The notes under the pieces: model-generated
Seen by the model: only the letters and a program-made list of their open reading frames with translations
Database searches by the model: none
What the model was told of the DNA's origin: nothing
From: the human T2T-CHM13v2.0 reference genome, Homo sapiens
Assembly: GCF_009914755.1 (NCBI RefSeq)
Contig: NC_060931.1
Reading direction: 5' to 3' (one strand)
Length of the DNA: 64,000 bases
Part shown: piece by piece, positions 45,031 through 64,000 of the stretch
How the letters are laid out: each line of letters starts with the position of its first letter
Numbering within the stretch: the stretch's first letter is position 1
Program-made: the position numbers and the translations under genes

Positions 45031-46482
45031 AAGGGAAAACTGTAGGGGAAGCAGTTTGAGAAGAACTATCAGGAGCTCAGTTTTGTAATATGAGATCCTC
45101 ATTCACTTAGGATAATTTGTGCCATGGGAGAAAAAAAAGACCACTGAAAATTAATCCACATACGACAAGAAAAAACATGACACAGAAATAATGTAGAGAG
45201 GGTGAATTTGAAAGCTTATATTAAGATCGAAACCAAAGTTTATGAAAGTAAGTTCACTTCTATTCTCAACAAAATGTAGGTTACAATTGCAAGTTTATTA
45301 ACTCAGAAGAAACAGTGAATCAGTGTTGATTTTTTTTAAATATGCTTGACAAAATTACATACCACAACATGACATCCTCTATTTCACAAAAGTTTTGCAG
45401 AATGTTCATAAAGAGAATAATTATCACAAAAATTTTGGAGGGCTTTATCTGAAGGAGATTTTTAATTCTTTAATTTTTTTTTCAAGTCACACTCTTTTGA
45501 CATATCTATCAAAGTAGATTTTTAACTGTGCAGGATTCTTCTTTGAAAAAGATCATACCTATAATTAGAACAAATCTCCAAGATCATTTTCTTTGATTTC
45601 ATAAAATCCTGCATCTTTGCAAGGTTTGCAACCTCACTTTGCCATTAGATTATTCCATATATTTACTGGATAAGAGGCTGATCCTCCAAGACTTAAAGGA
45701 GAGGACTAGTGTTTAGCAAAAAAGAAGTCTGAGTAAGGATTCATTTTATAGGCGATTCATTCATTTTTATATTGTGCACATTTTTGATTCCTTATGTAAT
45801 CTCATAAATGCCAATAATTGGATAATAAATCATAAAAGAAAATGGTTCCCTGAAAAGAGTACTTGGAAAGAATCCATGGAGGGATAATTAAGTAAATCGT
45901 GTTCCATCTACACAATGAATACCATGGCTAAATGAATAAAGTCAGGTTGCATATTGTGATAGAACTATCACTGGGGTCACTAAGATATTATGTGAATAAA
46001 GGAAAGTTGTAGAATCATAAAGATATGGTCCAATTACTGCATTTTCCTCTTAATGTGTGTAGTATTTGGGAGGAATATCTGGGAAGGGAAATAAGAATGG
46101 GGTGATGAGTGACAAGATTTTCATTATTTATTCCATATGGGTCTATGTACTTCTACAGTGTTTCATTTCTTTGCAAAGAGCGTATATTTATGTACTACTT
46201 ATATAATTAAAATCTATTAATAATTAAATATATTAAAAGTTAAAGGATAGAAAGATAAAATAATAAAGAGAAGATAGGTTATATACAGATAATCCAAATG
46301 TTAAAAATAAAAGGAAGTGAAAAAATATATATAAATGTTAATAAGGGACAATCATAAAACCAGAATATAAATAAAGTATAAAATCTAAGAAAAATAAAAC
46401 AATGGAAATGTAATTAGAATAAAAAGGTAGAAGAGACATAAAAAATGAGAGAAAGGATTTCAACATAGCAAATTAAAAGTTA

Positions 46483-49690
<3,208 letters not shown>

Positions 49691-50110
49691 TGCTAATCAG
49701 CAGAGGGTGACACTGGTAATAAGAGTTTTGAAGAGAAATGCCCATGTAGTGGATTGGAGAAGGAGGCAGCCAGCGTCAAGGGAACAGAAAGGGGGAAGGA
49801 GTAGGGAAGAGGCATGTGCACATGACATGCCTAAGACATGATTCACCACTGGGGATTCTGTTCTGAGTAAAATGTTGATAAGGTGGCCACCAACCTTCCC
49901 TCAACACACTCACATTCAGGAGGCTGTCCAGAGCTTCAGGAAAAGGTGCTGGCTTGAGGGAAAACAGAAGAGGAAAGTAGGTAAGAAACAGCAGAGGAAT
50001 GAATAGGAGAGAGGGGTAGTGGTCAGTGAAATTCTCAAAGGATGCTATTGAAACATACAGCTGTGCAATTTTTGAGTGAACTTTTTTCTGTGGGGGAATT
50101 GTTTTGGCAG

Positions 50111-50153
50111 GTGGCGCGATCATCCTGAATACCCATTTCATGATGAATACTGA
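50111..50153 (+). CDS. AKR1D1: AKR1D1 exon 9 coding part, stop TGA 50151-50153
   Basis: tggcag/ acceptor; WRDHPEYPFHDEY*; total CDS 981 nt = 326 aa plus stop. Confidence 0.97.
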
Positions 50154-50932
50154 CTGCAGGGAGTTCCTGAACAGATTTTTCACTCCCACGAGTGCCAAGA
50201 CGGTGCAATGGGTAGTCCCCTAGATGTGAAAATGAAGAGAGAGGGTTTTACCATCCTGAGAAGAAATAATGATGGAAACATGTTTAATGTTTGTGCAGTG
50301 TAAATGACTTTGACTCAGTCACATTGAAGTAAAAATATTAAAATCTGTTGAAATAACTCTTAGGAAATTATCAACTAATTTTTTCAGATCAGTATCTTCT
50401 AGATTCCAGACAGAAAAAAATTACACTTCAGAAAAGACATCAAAGGCAACATATGACAACAAGTAATTTATGAATCTGGGTAGTAGCGTTGGTAATCTGA
50501 GTTCTTTAAGGGTTAACAGGACAACGAAGTGCATGTGGCAGTGTGCTGGCAGTGGCCTTGAGGCTTTGGACCATTGGTTACAAAACAGACACAGCCAAGA
50601 TAAGATCCACACACACATTATTAACAAGGAAGTGATTTGCTGCACCTTGAGTTGAGAGGGCTACATGTAGAAAAGTCTTAAAATAGAGCTAAACACCACA
50701 GTGGTCAACAAAGCCATCATAATGTTGGTGTTTGTTTCCCTCCAATGTATGTATGTTTAGTTTTTATCCAACCTGAGGAATGAAAACTTAACTGGATCTC
50801 TCTTGCATCCTTAAAGGGCCTGAGTCTCAACATGGCTGCTGATCCATACTTACACATCTTACTGTCAATCTTGCCTACATTGATTATAGAACCACTATTA
50901 CGTGAAAAGGCTTGAAACAACCAACATATACA

Positions 50933-50938
50933 AATAAA
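50933..50938 (+). terminator. Candidate proximal polyadenylation signal AATAAA
   Basis: caAATAAAac about 780 nt after the stop, upstream of the UTR Alu. Confidence 0.5.
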
Positions 50939-51228
50939 ACCCTGCCTTGTAAAATAGTAAAAGAGAAGCCATATATTGGCTTTTCTTCTTAACTTGGGAG
51001 ATATATTGAAACAAGGTGCTTTATAAGATTATTGTACTTAAGACTTTAATAGTGTTACTTGGATAGCTTATATGAATTTTGAGAATTTTATATGAATTTT
51101 GAGAAAGCAAGTTCAAAAGAACTCTGGTAATTTTCCTGTATGTACAATTTAAAGAGTGAATAAGATTATTAGAATTCAGCAATAGAGATATATCTATTTT
51201 CAATTCAACTACAGAAATATATTTTATT

Positions 51229-51529
51229 GGCCGGGTGCGGTGGCTCATGCCTATAATCCCAGCACTTTGGGAGGCCAAGGTGGGCAGATCAGGAGGTCAG
51301 GAGATCGAGACCATCCTGGCTAACAAGGTGAAACCCCGTCTCTACTAAAAATACAAAAAATTAGCCAGGCGCGGTGGCGGGGGCCTGTAATCCCAGCTAC
51401 TCAGGAGGCTGAGGCAGAAGAATGGCATGAACCCGGGAGGAGGAGCTTGCAGTGAGCCGAGATAGCGCCACTGCAGTCCGGCCTGGGTGAAAGAGCGAGA
51501 CTCCGTCTCAAAAACAAAAAAAAAAGAAA
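51229..51529 (+). mobile_element. AluY in the AKR1D1 3'UTR
   Basis: CpG-rich AluY with perfect 16-bp TSD agaaatatattttatt (51213 / 51530). Confidence 0.95.
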
Positions 51530-51769
51530 AGAAATATATTTTATTCATTCACATTAGGTCACTGTCATACTGTCATAGGATGAGAGAGTTCTTCAAAAAT
51601 TATGTTTTCCCAAGATCAGTTGCTTATAGATAATGTTCAATGACCTCAAGACATATATTTTTGAGAAATTATCATTTTAAAAAATTTGGTCTATACTGAT
51701 TGTTTTCACTGATTCCAATATTATTACTTATAACACTGACCTCTGGAAAATATTTTGTTCACAAGAAAT

Positions 51770-51775
51770 AATAAA
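51770..51775 (+). terminator. Distal polyadenylation signal AATAAA
   Basis: AATAAA followed ~20 nt later by CA dinucleotides and U/GU-rich sequence. Confidence 0.75.
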
Positions 51776-51914
51776 GTATAATGATTTGTTGCATCACATG
51801 AATCTCCATTCTGTTTCTAAGGTTGGGGCAGGGGAAGAATCATCTGAAGCCAGTTAAAAGGCCTTTGATTTAATCCTGCTGTACATTTAGCACTGGGAAG
51901 AGAGGAAAGAAAAG

Positions 51915-52833
<919 letters not shown>

Positions 52834-53110
52834 TTAAAAATACTTTGAGGGTATTAGTGTAGAGGTGAGAATGGAAACAACACCTATCGAAGCATTTTTA
52901 AAAGACAGACATTGGAAAAGAGTCCCATCATTTGTCAGCGAAAAGGTATTTCTAAAAATTGGGGGAGCGAAATCCTCTCTTAGTCATAACAGAGATGGAG
53001 GAAAAAGATCTGGAGACAGAAAGTAGGAAGGTCAGGAAAGAACAACAGTCTGATGGAAGCTTCTGCATGTTCCTTCTCCCTCCACTGTCACCCCTCTCAA
53101 GCTTCCCATC

Positions 53111-54693
<1,583 letters not shown>

Positions 54694-56622
54694 TGTTTCT
54701 TATCCCTGACAGTTCTCCAAGAGGGCCTCCTTCAGGCATTGTCATTCCGTCCACAGTAACAACACAGCACCAGGAGAGGCCATTAGAGGGGCATAGGCAA
54801 TGATCCTGTCTTCAGCCTTCAACACTTTGAGGTGTGTGCATTCTGAAGCCACAGTCATAGGGATTAACAAAGATAAACAAACTCATATTTCTAAGACTTG
54901 ATATTTCTCAGAACTCTCAAAATTTCAGGCTTCTGCTAACTTCAATGTCTTCTTCTTGAATCAGAATCCTCCCTGAATCCAAATAGTAGCCTTAATGTTT
55001 CTGTCTCTACACATGAAATCCCCAAATTCTCACTTTAGCTTCTTCCACCCTAGTCTCTGCCTCCCATTCATGAGAAACAGGATGAGAGGGTGATGCCCAA
55101 CTAATAGGCTTACTCTCTCATCTAAAGGGCATTTTGGTAAAAGGCTTTTTCTGTTGGGTCATATCTCCTCTGGCAGGAGCTATATCCCCCTGGCTTCCTA
55201 TTTGGATTCTTCAGAATCTCGGCTTGAGCTCCGGCTGCCCTCCCTAGATGTACTAACTGCCTAGCTTGGGGCAAAATTCTCCTTTTGCACAGCACGTGCT
55301 TGCCTGATTCAGCTCAAAGCAGATCAGACTTTCTTAATAAGGCCACATTCTCTTCCCTCGTTGCCTTCTGCACTCCAGGCTTGAACCAAAACTTGGTTCC
55401 TTTATGAAGGACTTCACCGAAGGCCACAGGAAGCATCCAGCACAATCTTCTAACCCAGCACCAAAGCCTGAGCCTTGGCAGACACATGGTCCAAGTTCCA
55501 AAATATAAGTTACACTTTAAGTGAATCTGGTGAATGGGCTGGAGCCTTGGTCTGGTGGGGAGTGCTGGGGGGTGCTGGGGAGGAGAGGAAGGGACAGGGG
55601 TGTAGGGGGAAGCCCTTCTATCCGTCTTTTTTTAACAGTTACTTCTCTTCCTTTTTCTGTCTGGTTTCTCATAACTCCAACCAGCAGAGACAAGCCCAGG
55701 ATGAAGACTGGGCAGTAGCCTGGGAAGAACCGGGCTTCGGTAACCACAGGGGCCCCAGGCGGCCCGGGAAGCGTGGAGGTCCCAGCGTGCGGGCAGAAAG
55801 CCCAAGAGGCCGAGCGCTGTGGCAGCTCCATGGGGCCCTGGCGGAGGCAAGGGCACAGCGTGGCTGGCTGCATATGTGAACAAGGTGAGCGGCGGGGCCG
55901 CGGTCGTCGCGGAGTCTGAGCACACCAAGGAGCGCATCAGACTTCAAGGGTCGAAGTGCAAAGGGGCAGTTTTTGATTTCGGGGTCAACCAACTAGGACT
56001 CGATGGGTGGAAAAGAAGTGCCTAAACAGCAAGCTGCTTACCTCAATCTCGGTCAGAATTTGTGGGGGCCCCATAGATGTGGGTGCCTGGCGGGGTCCTG
56101 GTGCGGACAGCGGTCTCGGGTTTGCGCACTGCGCACAGTATCCTCATCACGACACGATGGAAGCTGCGGAGCTGGGGTCAAAATAAGAAGGCGCAGCTGG
56201 GACCTGGCGACACCAAGAGAATGGAAGCCCCCAGACTCATTGCGGGTCTCTGCCGGGAAGTGAGTATGTAGGCAGCCTGTGGGCGGAACCTCACCTTGGC
56301 CTTGACGGAAACGGGCTCTGCGTTTGCCTTTGGGGAGAACAAGATGGGGCAGCTGAGCCTCAGCAACCACGCAGGAGCATCCCCAGCACCGCACAGATCA
56401 TGGACAACGGGCAGCCAATTACTAGAATGGCCAGTGGAAATGAATTCCGTATAATGGGCGACAAAGGAGACCTCTGTTCCTTCGTGTGCCCTCAATGTGG
56501 TCAGCTGGGACCCAGGCACAGTGAATAGTTAAGGCTGTGAGCTGGTGCTGGTGCCACGATGAGTGGCCCACCTTCACTGAGAATGAAAGATGGGTAGATT
56601 CTGCCTGTACCAAAGGTGGTTG

Positions 56623-57190
56623 TGAGACCCCCAGAGCAAGGCAGGGACCCCTCCCCATTTCCCTTACATGCTGTGCTGACTGAAGCTACATTCAACCTTG
56701 CAGCCACACAACCACAAACGTTTCCTTTCACAAAATAGACCAATCAAATCTGAGACAGAGTATTCTGAGCACAAGCATCTTGGCTAACAGTGGGCACTTT
56801 GCAAAAGATGCTCCCCAATGCACTTGCCCAGTAATGTCCTAGCCTGTCCTAACCTGGCCTTTGCTTCATTTCAGTAGTAAAAAGCACACCCCTGGGTGGA
56901 GATTTAAGATGCTAATGAGACATGCATCACATGAAGAAGCATGTCCAGAGACTGCATAGGTGCAACTGCCAAACCACCCCAAACATGCAATGATGTCACA
57001 TGGAGGAGCTCCAAAGCAAATGAAACCCCAAACTAACCTGCAGTCAGGGAGCTAGCTGCAGGTCTCTTCCTGCTGCTACCTCCCCTTCTGCTCAAGCTGA
57101 GAGCTCCAATAAACTGCCTTGCTCAAGCCCATCTCAGATTCTTGGTCTATTTCTATTTACTAAGGGTCAAGAACCCACCAGCCAATAACG
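56623..57190 (+). mobile_element. ERV1-type solo LTR inserted into the RCC2 pseudogene
   Basis: RCC2 homology breaks at VV|V(R)D; insert starts TGAGA, has AATAAA near 57108, and is flanked by a GTTG duplication (56619-56622 / 57191-57194). Confidence 0.75.
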
Positions 57191-57748
57191 GTTGTGTAAG
57201 ACGTGACCTGTAATGCTAACCACACATTGATTCTGGACTCCAAGAAATGAGTCTTCTCCTGGGGCTTTGGTGGCTATGGTTGACTGGGCCACTCAGAGCA
57301 GAAGGATGAGATGGTCCCCGCTTGGTGAGGTTGGAGTCTGACTTCCTTGGGTGTGGGGCATCCCAGATCCATGTTGGTTACACCTGGTCCTTTGCTGTCT
57401 GTGAAGTTGGTAGTCTCTTTTTCTGGGGGAGCCCAATATCTCCCATGAATCTTCCATGTACCTGAAAGCAGTGCAGGACCTCTGCGGCTGCAGAATCCAG
57501 AGCCTGGCTTGTGGGAAGAGCAGCAACATTGTGGCCGCCAATGAGAACACCATCAGCTGAGGGCCATAACCAACCTTTAGGTAATTGGGATACAGGGACC
57601 ATGAGCCCAAGTCTTCCACTGCAGCCCAAGAGGTGAAGACTCTGAATGGCATCTTTTCAAAGCAGGTCTCCATAGGCTACTCACACTCCTTGGTGATAGT
57701 GCGAGATGAAAGTGAGACCAGGAAAGAGAAGATCAAGAAACTGCTAGA

Positions 57749-58172
<424 letters not shown>

Positions 58173-59088
58173 TTAAAAAGCAAAAGTTAGCCAAAGTTGC
58201 ATTTTTGTTAGACTCCCTGAGGTTCCATTTTTACAAGGGATCCAATGTTAATTATCCTTTTCTGCATACTTTTAAAAGTCTGTTTTTTTCTCTTCATGTT
58301 TAATTAAAATATTTGCTCATATTTGGAAAAAATATGAATTGTTATAAAATAGTGGAAAAGATATCCAGACTCCCAGTGAGGACTGTGTTTCCCATTATGC
58401 TTCACCCAAATTAACTCAGTCAATTCTAACTTTCAGGAGTATTCACTTGTTATGCCCCACTTCCACATAGCGATTTTTCCATCAGGATGTTATTAGTTCC
58501 TAGTAATAGAAATGCAATTCAGACTAGTTTAAGCAGAAATAGTGAATTCACTTTGTCACAGAACTGGAAACAAAGAAGTGCAGGGGTAAAGTGGCTGTAA
58601 GCAGCTAGAACTAGGGCTCAAGCAGTGTGTTTACAACTTGTGACTGTTTTCACCCCGTTGGACTAGCTGTCTCCAGACAGCAGGCATGAAAGCAGGCAAG
58701 ATAGCTCTCAGCAACACTCTCCTTCACTCAGATTAGGAACCCAGAAGAGAGTGAGAGTCTTTGGTAATAGCTCTGTCAAGGAAGTAATCCTGGGAAGAAC
58801 TCTGACTGGCCAACATGCATCATGCTGGAACCAATGGTGATGGCCTGGGGCAGACTGAATGGAAGGGCCTGAGACATAAACTCATCCCTGTGCAGAGAAG
58901 AAGCAAGAGAGGAATGAGAGAGACAGTGGGAGGGGGATGGAAAGGCAAGAGGGTAGGAGCGAGTGGAACAAGAGCAGCACTAAGGAGAAAGGAATCATAA
59001 GGAACTACAATCCTGCCTCAATCACCAGAAATACGTTGCCCCAAGAAGCAGGCAAAATAAGAGATGTCTGCAACAGGGACTTTCAGGG

Positions 59089-59657
59089 CGTGGAGATAAA
59101 TAAAATTTAAAAGCTATTGGAACCCCCCCCAGAACACATTAAGCCCTGAGTGAGATGTGACTATGATCTGAGTCACACATGGTTACAACTTCTGTTCTCA
59201 GATAGATTAACTCACTTTCTTATTTTTCTTGTTCTGCACAATGACTAGAGTGAATTCAACTACACCACAGATAAATGCCTCCTGCCTTCTTCATTAATGG
59301 CCCTGGTCATAGATTCACTTCCCCTTTGCTGCCTCACTTTGCTTAGACCAGATGACAAAAAACGCATGACTATTACACCCTCTGTGAAAAGTGTTAAATG
59401 TCCCCTTCCCAAAAGGAAACACTGCCTATAACCAATCAAATTGCTGTAACTATGCACCAACCTTGTGTAAATAGTGTTGTAATCCCACTAAAATCTCTGT
59501 CTCTGTCTAAATAAATGAAATCTTAACTTCCCTACTTCAAAATGCTGACTCCATTCCTTTGGAGTTGGTGTTTCTGGGTGGTCCGTCCTCACTGTTTGAG
59601 CTTGAATAAACTCTCTTTAAATTAGATTCTGAACCTTTTGATTATTTTAGGTTGACA
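59089..59657 (+). mobile_element. ERV1 solo LTR
   Basis: TATA-like ataaat, AATAAA near 59605, MER4-group type end attattttaggttgaca. Confidence 0.75.
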
Positions 59658-59814
59658 GGAGTTTTGGAGTACTAGGTTTTAGCTTCCTGCTTCCCTCACT
59701 TCAGATTCCCAAAAAAATGATATAGTAGAAATCTCCATCAGCACTGAAAATTAAGAAGGTTGCTGCCTATCAGAGGGTGTAAATGAGAAGAAACTGTCAA
59801 AGTATAATTTTTTA

Positions 59815-61400
<1,586 letters not shown>

Positions 61401-61905
61401 AAATAATTAACAGCAAATCAAAAAAAGTTACAAAGTTTCCCCTGAGGGGAATCAGTCCTTGAGGAAGCCTGCTAGACAATCCCCACAACAACACTGAAAG
61501 TGGACACATTTTTTTTCATCCACTTTCAAATTTTAGATAATTTTTCTTAATGTATCTTAGAGAAAATACGAAGTGTGAGACTTTAATGAGCTGTGGCAGG
61601 AATACAATAATACCTTTAATGTCATGACAGGCCCTTACCTACTCTACAAATTTGTGGTAACAAAGTATATTGAAAACTGTATGAATCACCCTGATGCCCA
61701 CAGAAAATAGATGACTGTGCACACTGAGCACTACTGAATTCACATCCCTTGATAAAGAATTTTGCCTTCATATTAAACTATTTGTAATTTATGTTGTTAT
61801 ACATATATATGAGTATATATAAATACACACACTCACAGTAAAGTACATAAAGTACACTAATCTGAAATGTACAGCTCAGTGATATTTTTTACATATATAC
61901 ACACC

Positions 61906-64000
61906 TGTATTATTCCATTCTTGCATTGCTATAAAGAAATACCTGAGATGGGGTAATTTATAAAGAAAAGAGGTTTAACTGGCTCACAGTTCCACAGGCT
62001 GTACAGGAAGAATGATGCTGGCCATCTGCTCAGCTTCTGGGGAGGCCTCAGGAAACTTGCAATCATGGCGGGAGGTGAAGGAGAAGCAGGCTCATCTCAC
62101 ATGGCCCAGGCAGGAGCAAGGGAGTGCAGTGGGGGTTGGGGAGGTGCCACACACTTCTCAACAACCAGATTTCATTAGAACTCTTATCAAGAGAATAGCA
62201 CCAAGGGAATGATGTTAAACCATTCATGAAGGATCCACCCCCATGCCCCAATCACCTCCCACCACGCCCCACCTCCAACACTGGGGATTACAATTTGACA
62301 TGAGATTTGGGTGGAACACAGATCCAAACCGTATCATTCTGCCCCTGGCCCCTCCCAAATCTCATGTCCTTCTCACATTTCAAAATACAATCATGCCCTC
62401 CCAACAGTCCTTCAAAGTCTTAACTCATTCCAGCATTAACTCAAAAGTCCACAGTCTCATCCGAGACAAAGCAAGTCCCTTCCACCTACGAGCCTGTAAA
62501 ATAAAAAACAAGTTAGTCACTCCTAATATAGGCATTGGGTAAATACTCCTGTTCCATAAGGGAGAAATTGGCCAAAATAAAGGGACCACAGGCCCCATGT
62601 AAGTCCAAAACCCAGCAGGGCAGTCATTAAATCTTAAAGCCCCAAAATAATCTCCTTTGACTCCATGTGTCACATCCAAGACACACTGGTGGAAGGGTTC
62701 CCCCAAAGCCTTGTGCAGCTCCACCCCTGTGGCTTTGCAGAGTTCATCCCTTTCAGCTGCTCTCAAGGGCTGGCATTGAGTGCCTGAAGCTTTTCCAGGC
62801 TCAGGGTGTGAGCTGTCAGTAGCTCTACTATTCAGAGGTCTGGAGAATGGTGGCCTTCTTCTCACAGCTCCACTAGGCAATGCCCCAGTGGGGACTCTGT
62901 GGGGGCTCCAACCCCACATTTCTCCTCTGCACTGCCCTAGTAGACGTTCTCCATGAGGGCTATGCCTCTGCAATGGGCTTCTGTCTGGACATCAAGGCTT
63001 TTCTATACATCTTCTGAAGTCTAGGCAAAAGCTCCCAAGACTCAACTCTTATATTCTGTGCACCTGAAGGCTTAACACCACATGGAAGTCACCAAGGCTT
63101 ACAGATTGCACCCTCTGAAGCAGAGGCCCAAGCTGTTCCTGGTCCCCTTTGATCCACGGCTGGAGCTGGAGTGACTGGGATGGAGGGAGCAGGGTCCCAA
63201 GGTTGTACAGGGTAGTGGGGCCCAGGGCCTGGCCCACAAAACCATTCAGTCCTGCTATGCCTCTGGGCCTGTGATGGAAGCGGCTGCGAAAGTCTCTGAA
63301 ATGCCTTCAAGACCTCTTGCCCATTGTCTTGGCTGTTAGTACTTGGCTCCTCTTTACTTATGCAAACTTCTGCAGCCTGCTTGAATTCTTCCCCTGAAAA
63401 ATGGGTTTTTCTTTTCTGCCACATGGCCAGTCTGCAGGTTTTCCAAACTTTTATGCTGTGCTTGCGTTTTAAATATAAGTTCCAGTTTCAGATCATTTCT
63501 TTGCTCATGCATATAAGCATAAGTGGTGAGAAGCAGCCAAACCACATCTTGAATACTTTGCTGCTTAGAAATTTCTTCCACCAGATACCCTAAATCATCA
63601 CTCTCAAGTTCAAAGTTCCACAGATCCCTAGAGCAGGGGCACAATGCAGCCAGATTTTTTGCTAAAGCATAGCAAAAGTGACCATTACCCCAGTTCCCAA
63701 TACATTCTTCAGTTCCATATGAGACCTCCTCAGCCTGGACTTCATTGTTCATATCACTGTCAGCCTTTTGGTCACAAGAATTTAACAAGTCTCTAGGAAG
63801 TGCCAAATTTTTCCTCATCTTCCTGTCTTCTTCTGAGCCCTCCACACTCTTCCAACCTCTGCCCATTACCCAGTTCCAAAGTCACTTCCACATTTTCAGG
63901 TATCTTTATAGCAATGCTCCACTCTTCAGTACCAATTTTTGTATTAGTTCATTCCTGCACTGTTATAAAGAAATACCTGAGACTGGTAATTTATAAAGAA
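61906..64000 (-). mobile_element. Near full-length MST (MaLR) provirus: LTR 61906-62336, internal 62337-63939, second LTR from 63940 running off the window
   Basis: Both LTRs read tgtatta.t.cattc.tgca.tg.tataaagaaatacctgaga; 1.6-kb internal region with broken minus-strand ORFs (63354-63866, 63089-63424, 62425-62973) typical of MaLR internal sequence. Confidence 0.9.

Larger units (their letters stand above)
50154..51795 (+). other. AKR1D1: AKR1D1 3'UTR (long form, end approximate)
   Basis: Follows the stop codon; AATAAA at 50933 and 51770; contains an AluY. Confidence 0.75.

Noticed and set aside
49776-50198. 140-aa antisense ORF overlapping exon 9
   Set aside because: Non-ATG start, no recognisable domain; within chance expectation
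55475-56743. Many overlapping ORFs on both strands as a novel gene
   Set aside because: Explained by the GC-rich, frameshifted RCC2 retrocopy

Overview
Repeat-rich primate DNA, almost certainly human chr7q33. It holds the complete + strand AKR1D1 gene (delta4-3-oxosteroid 5-beta-reductase). Nine GT-AG coding exons (93+168+117+78+123+110+166+83+43 = 981 nt) splice into an intact 326-aa aldo-keto reductase with the Asp53/Tyr58/Lys87/Glu120 tetrad. The 3'UTR has two AATAAA signals and an AluY. Also present: a 3'-truncated 7SK pseudogene in intron 2, a U13 snoRNA retrocopy, a processed RCC2 pseudogene interrupted by an ERV1-type LTR and an Alu, decayed ERV1 and ERVL pol remnants, a near full-length MST (MaLR) provirus at the right edge, and many Alu, L1, L2, MIR, MLT/THE1 and DNA-transposon fragments. 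Nearly all other ORFs in the track are repeat-derived. I found no evidence for a genuinely new biological system. Best leads: inverted Alus bracketing the skippable exon 5, a hepatocyte TF-motif cluster at ~53.95-54.07 kb, a perfect 35-bp CCAAT-containing triplication just after exon 3, twin THE1 LTRs bracketing exon 1, and an Alu plus U13 copy stacked at one target site. Repeat names are recalled from consensus sequences, not from a search, and repeat boundaries are approximate.
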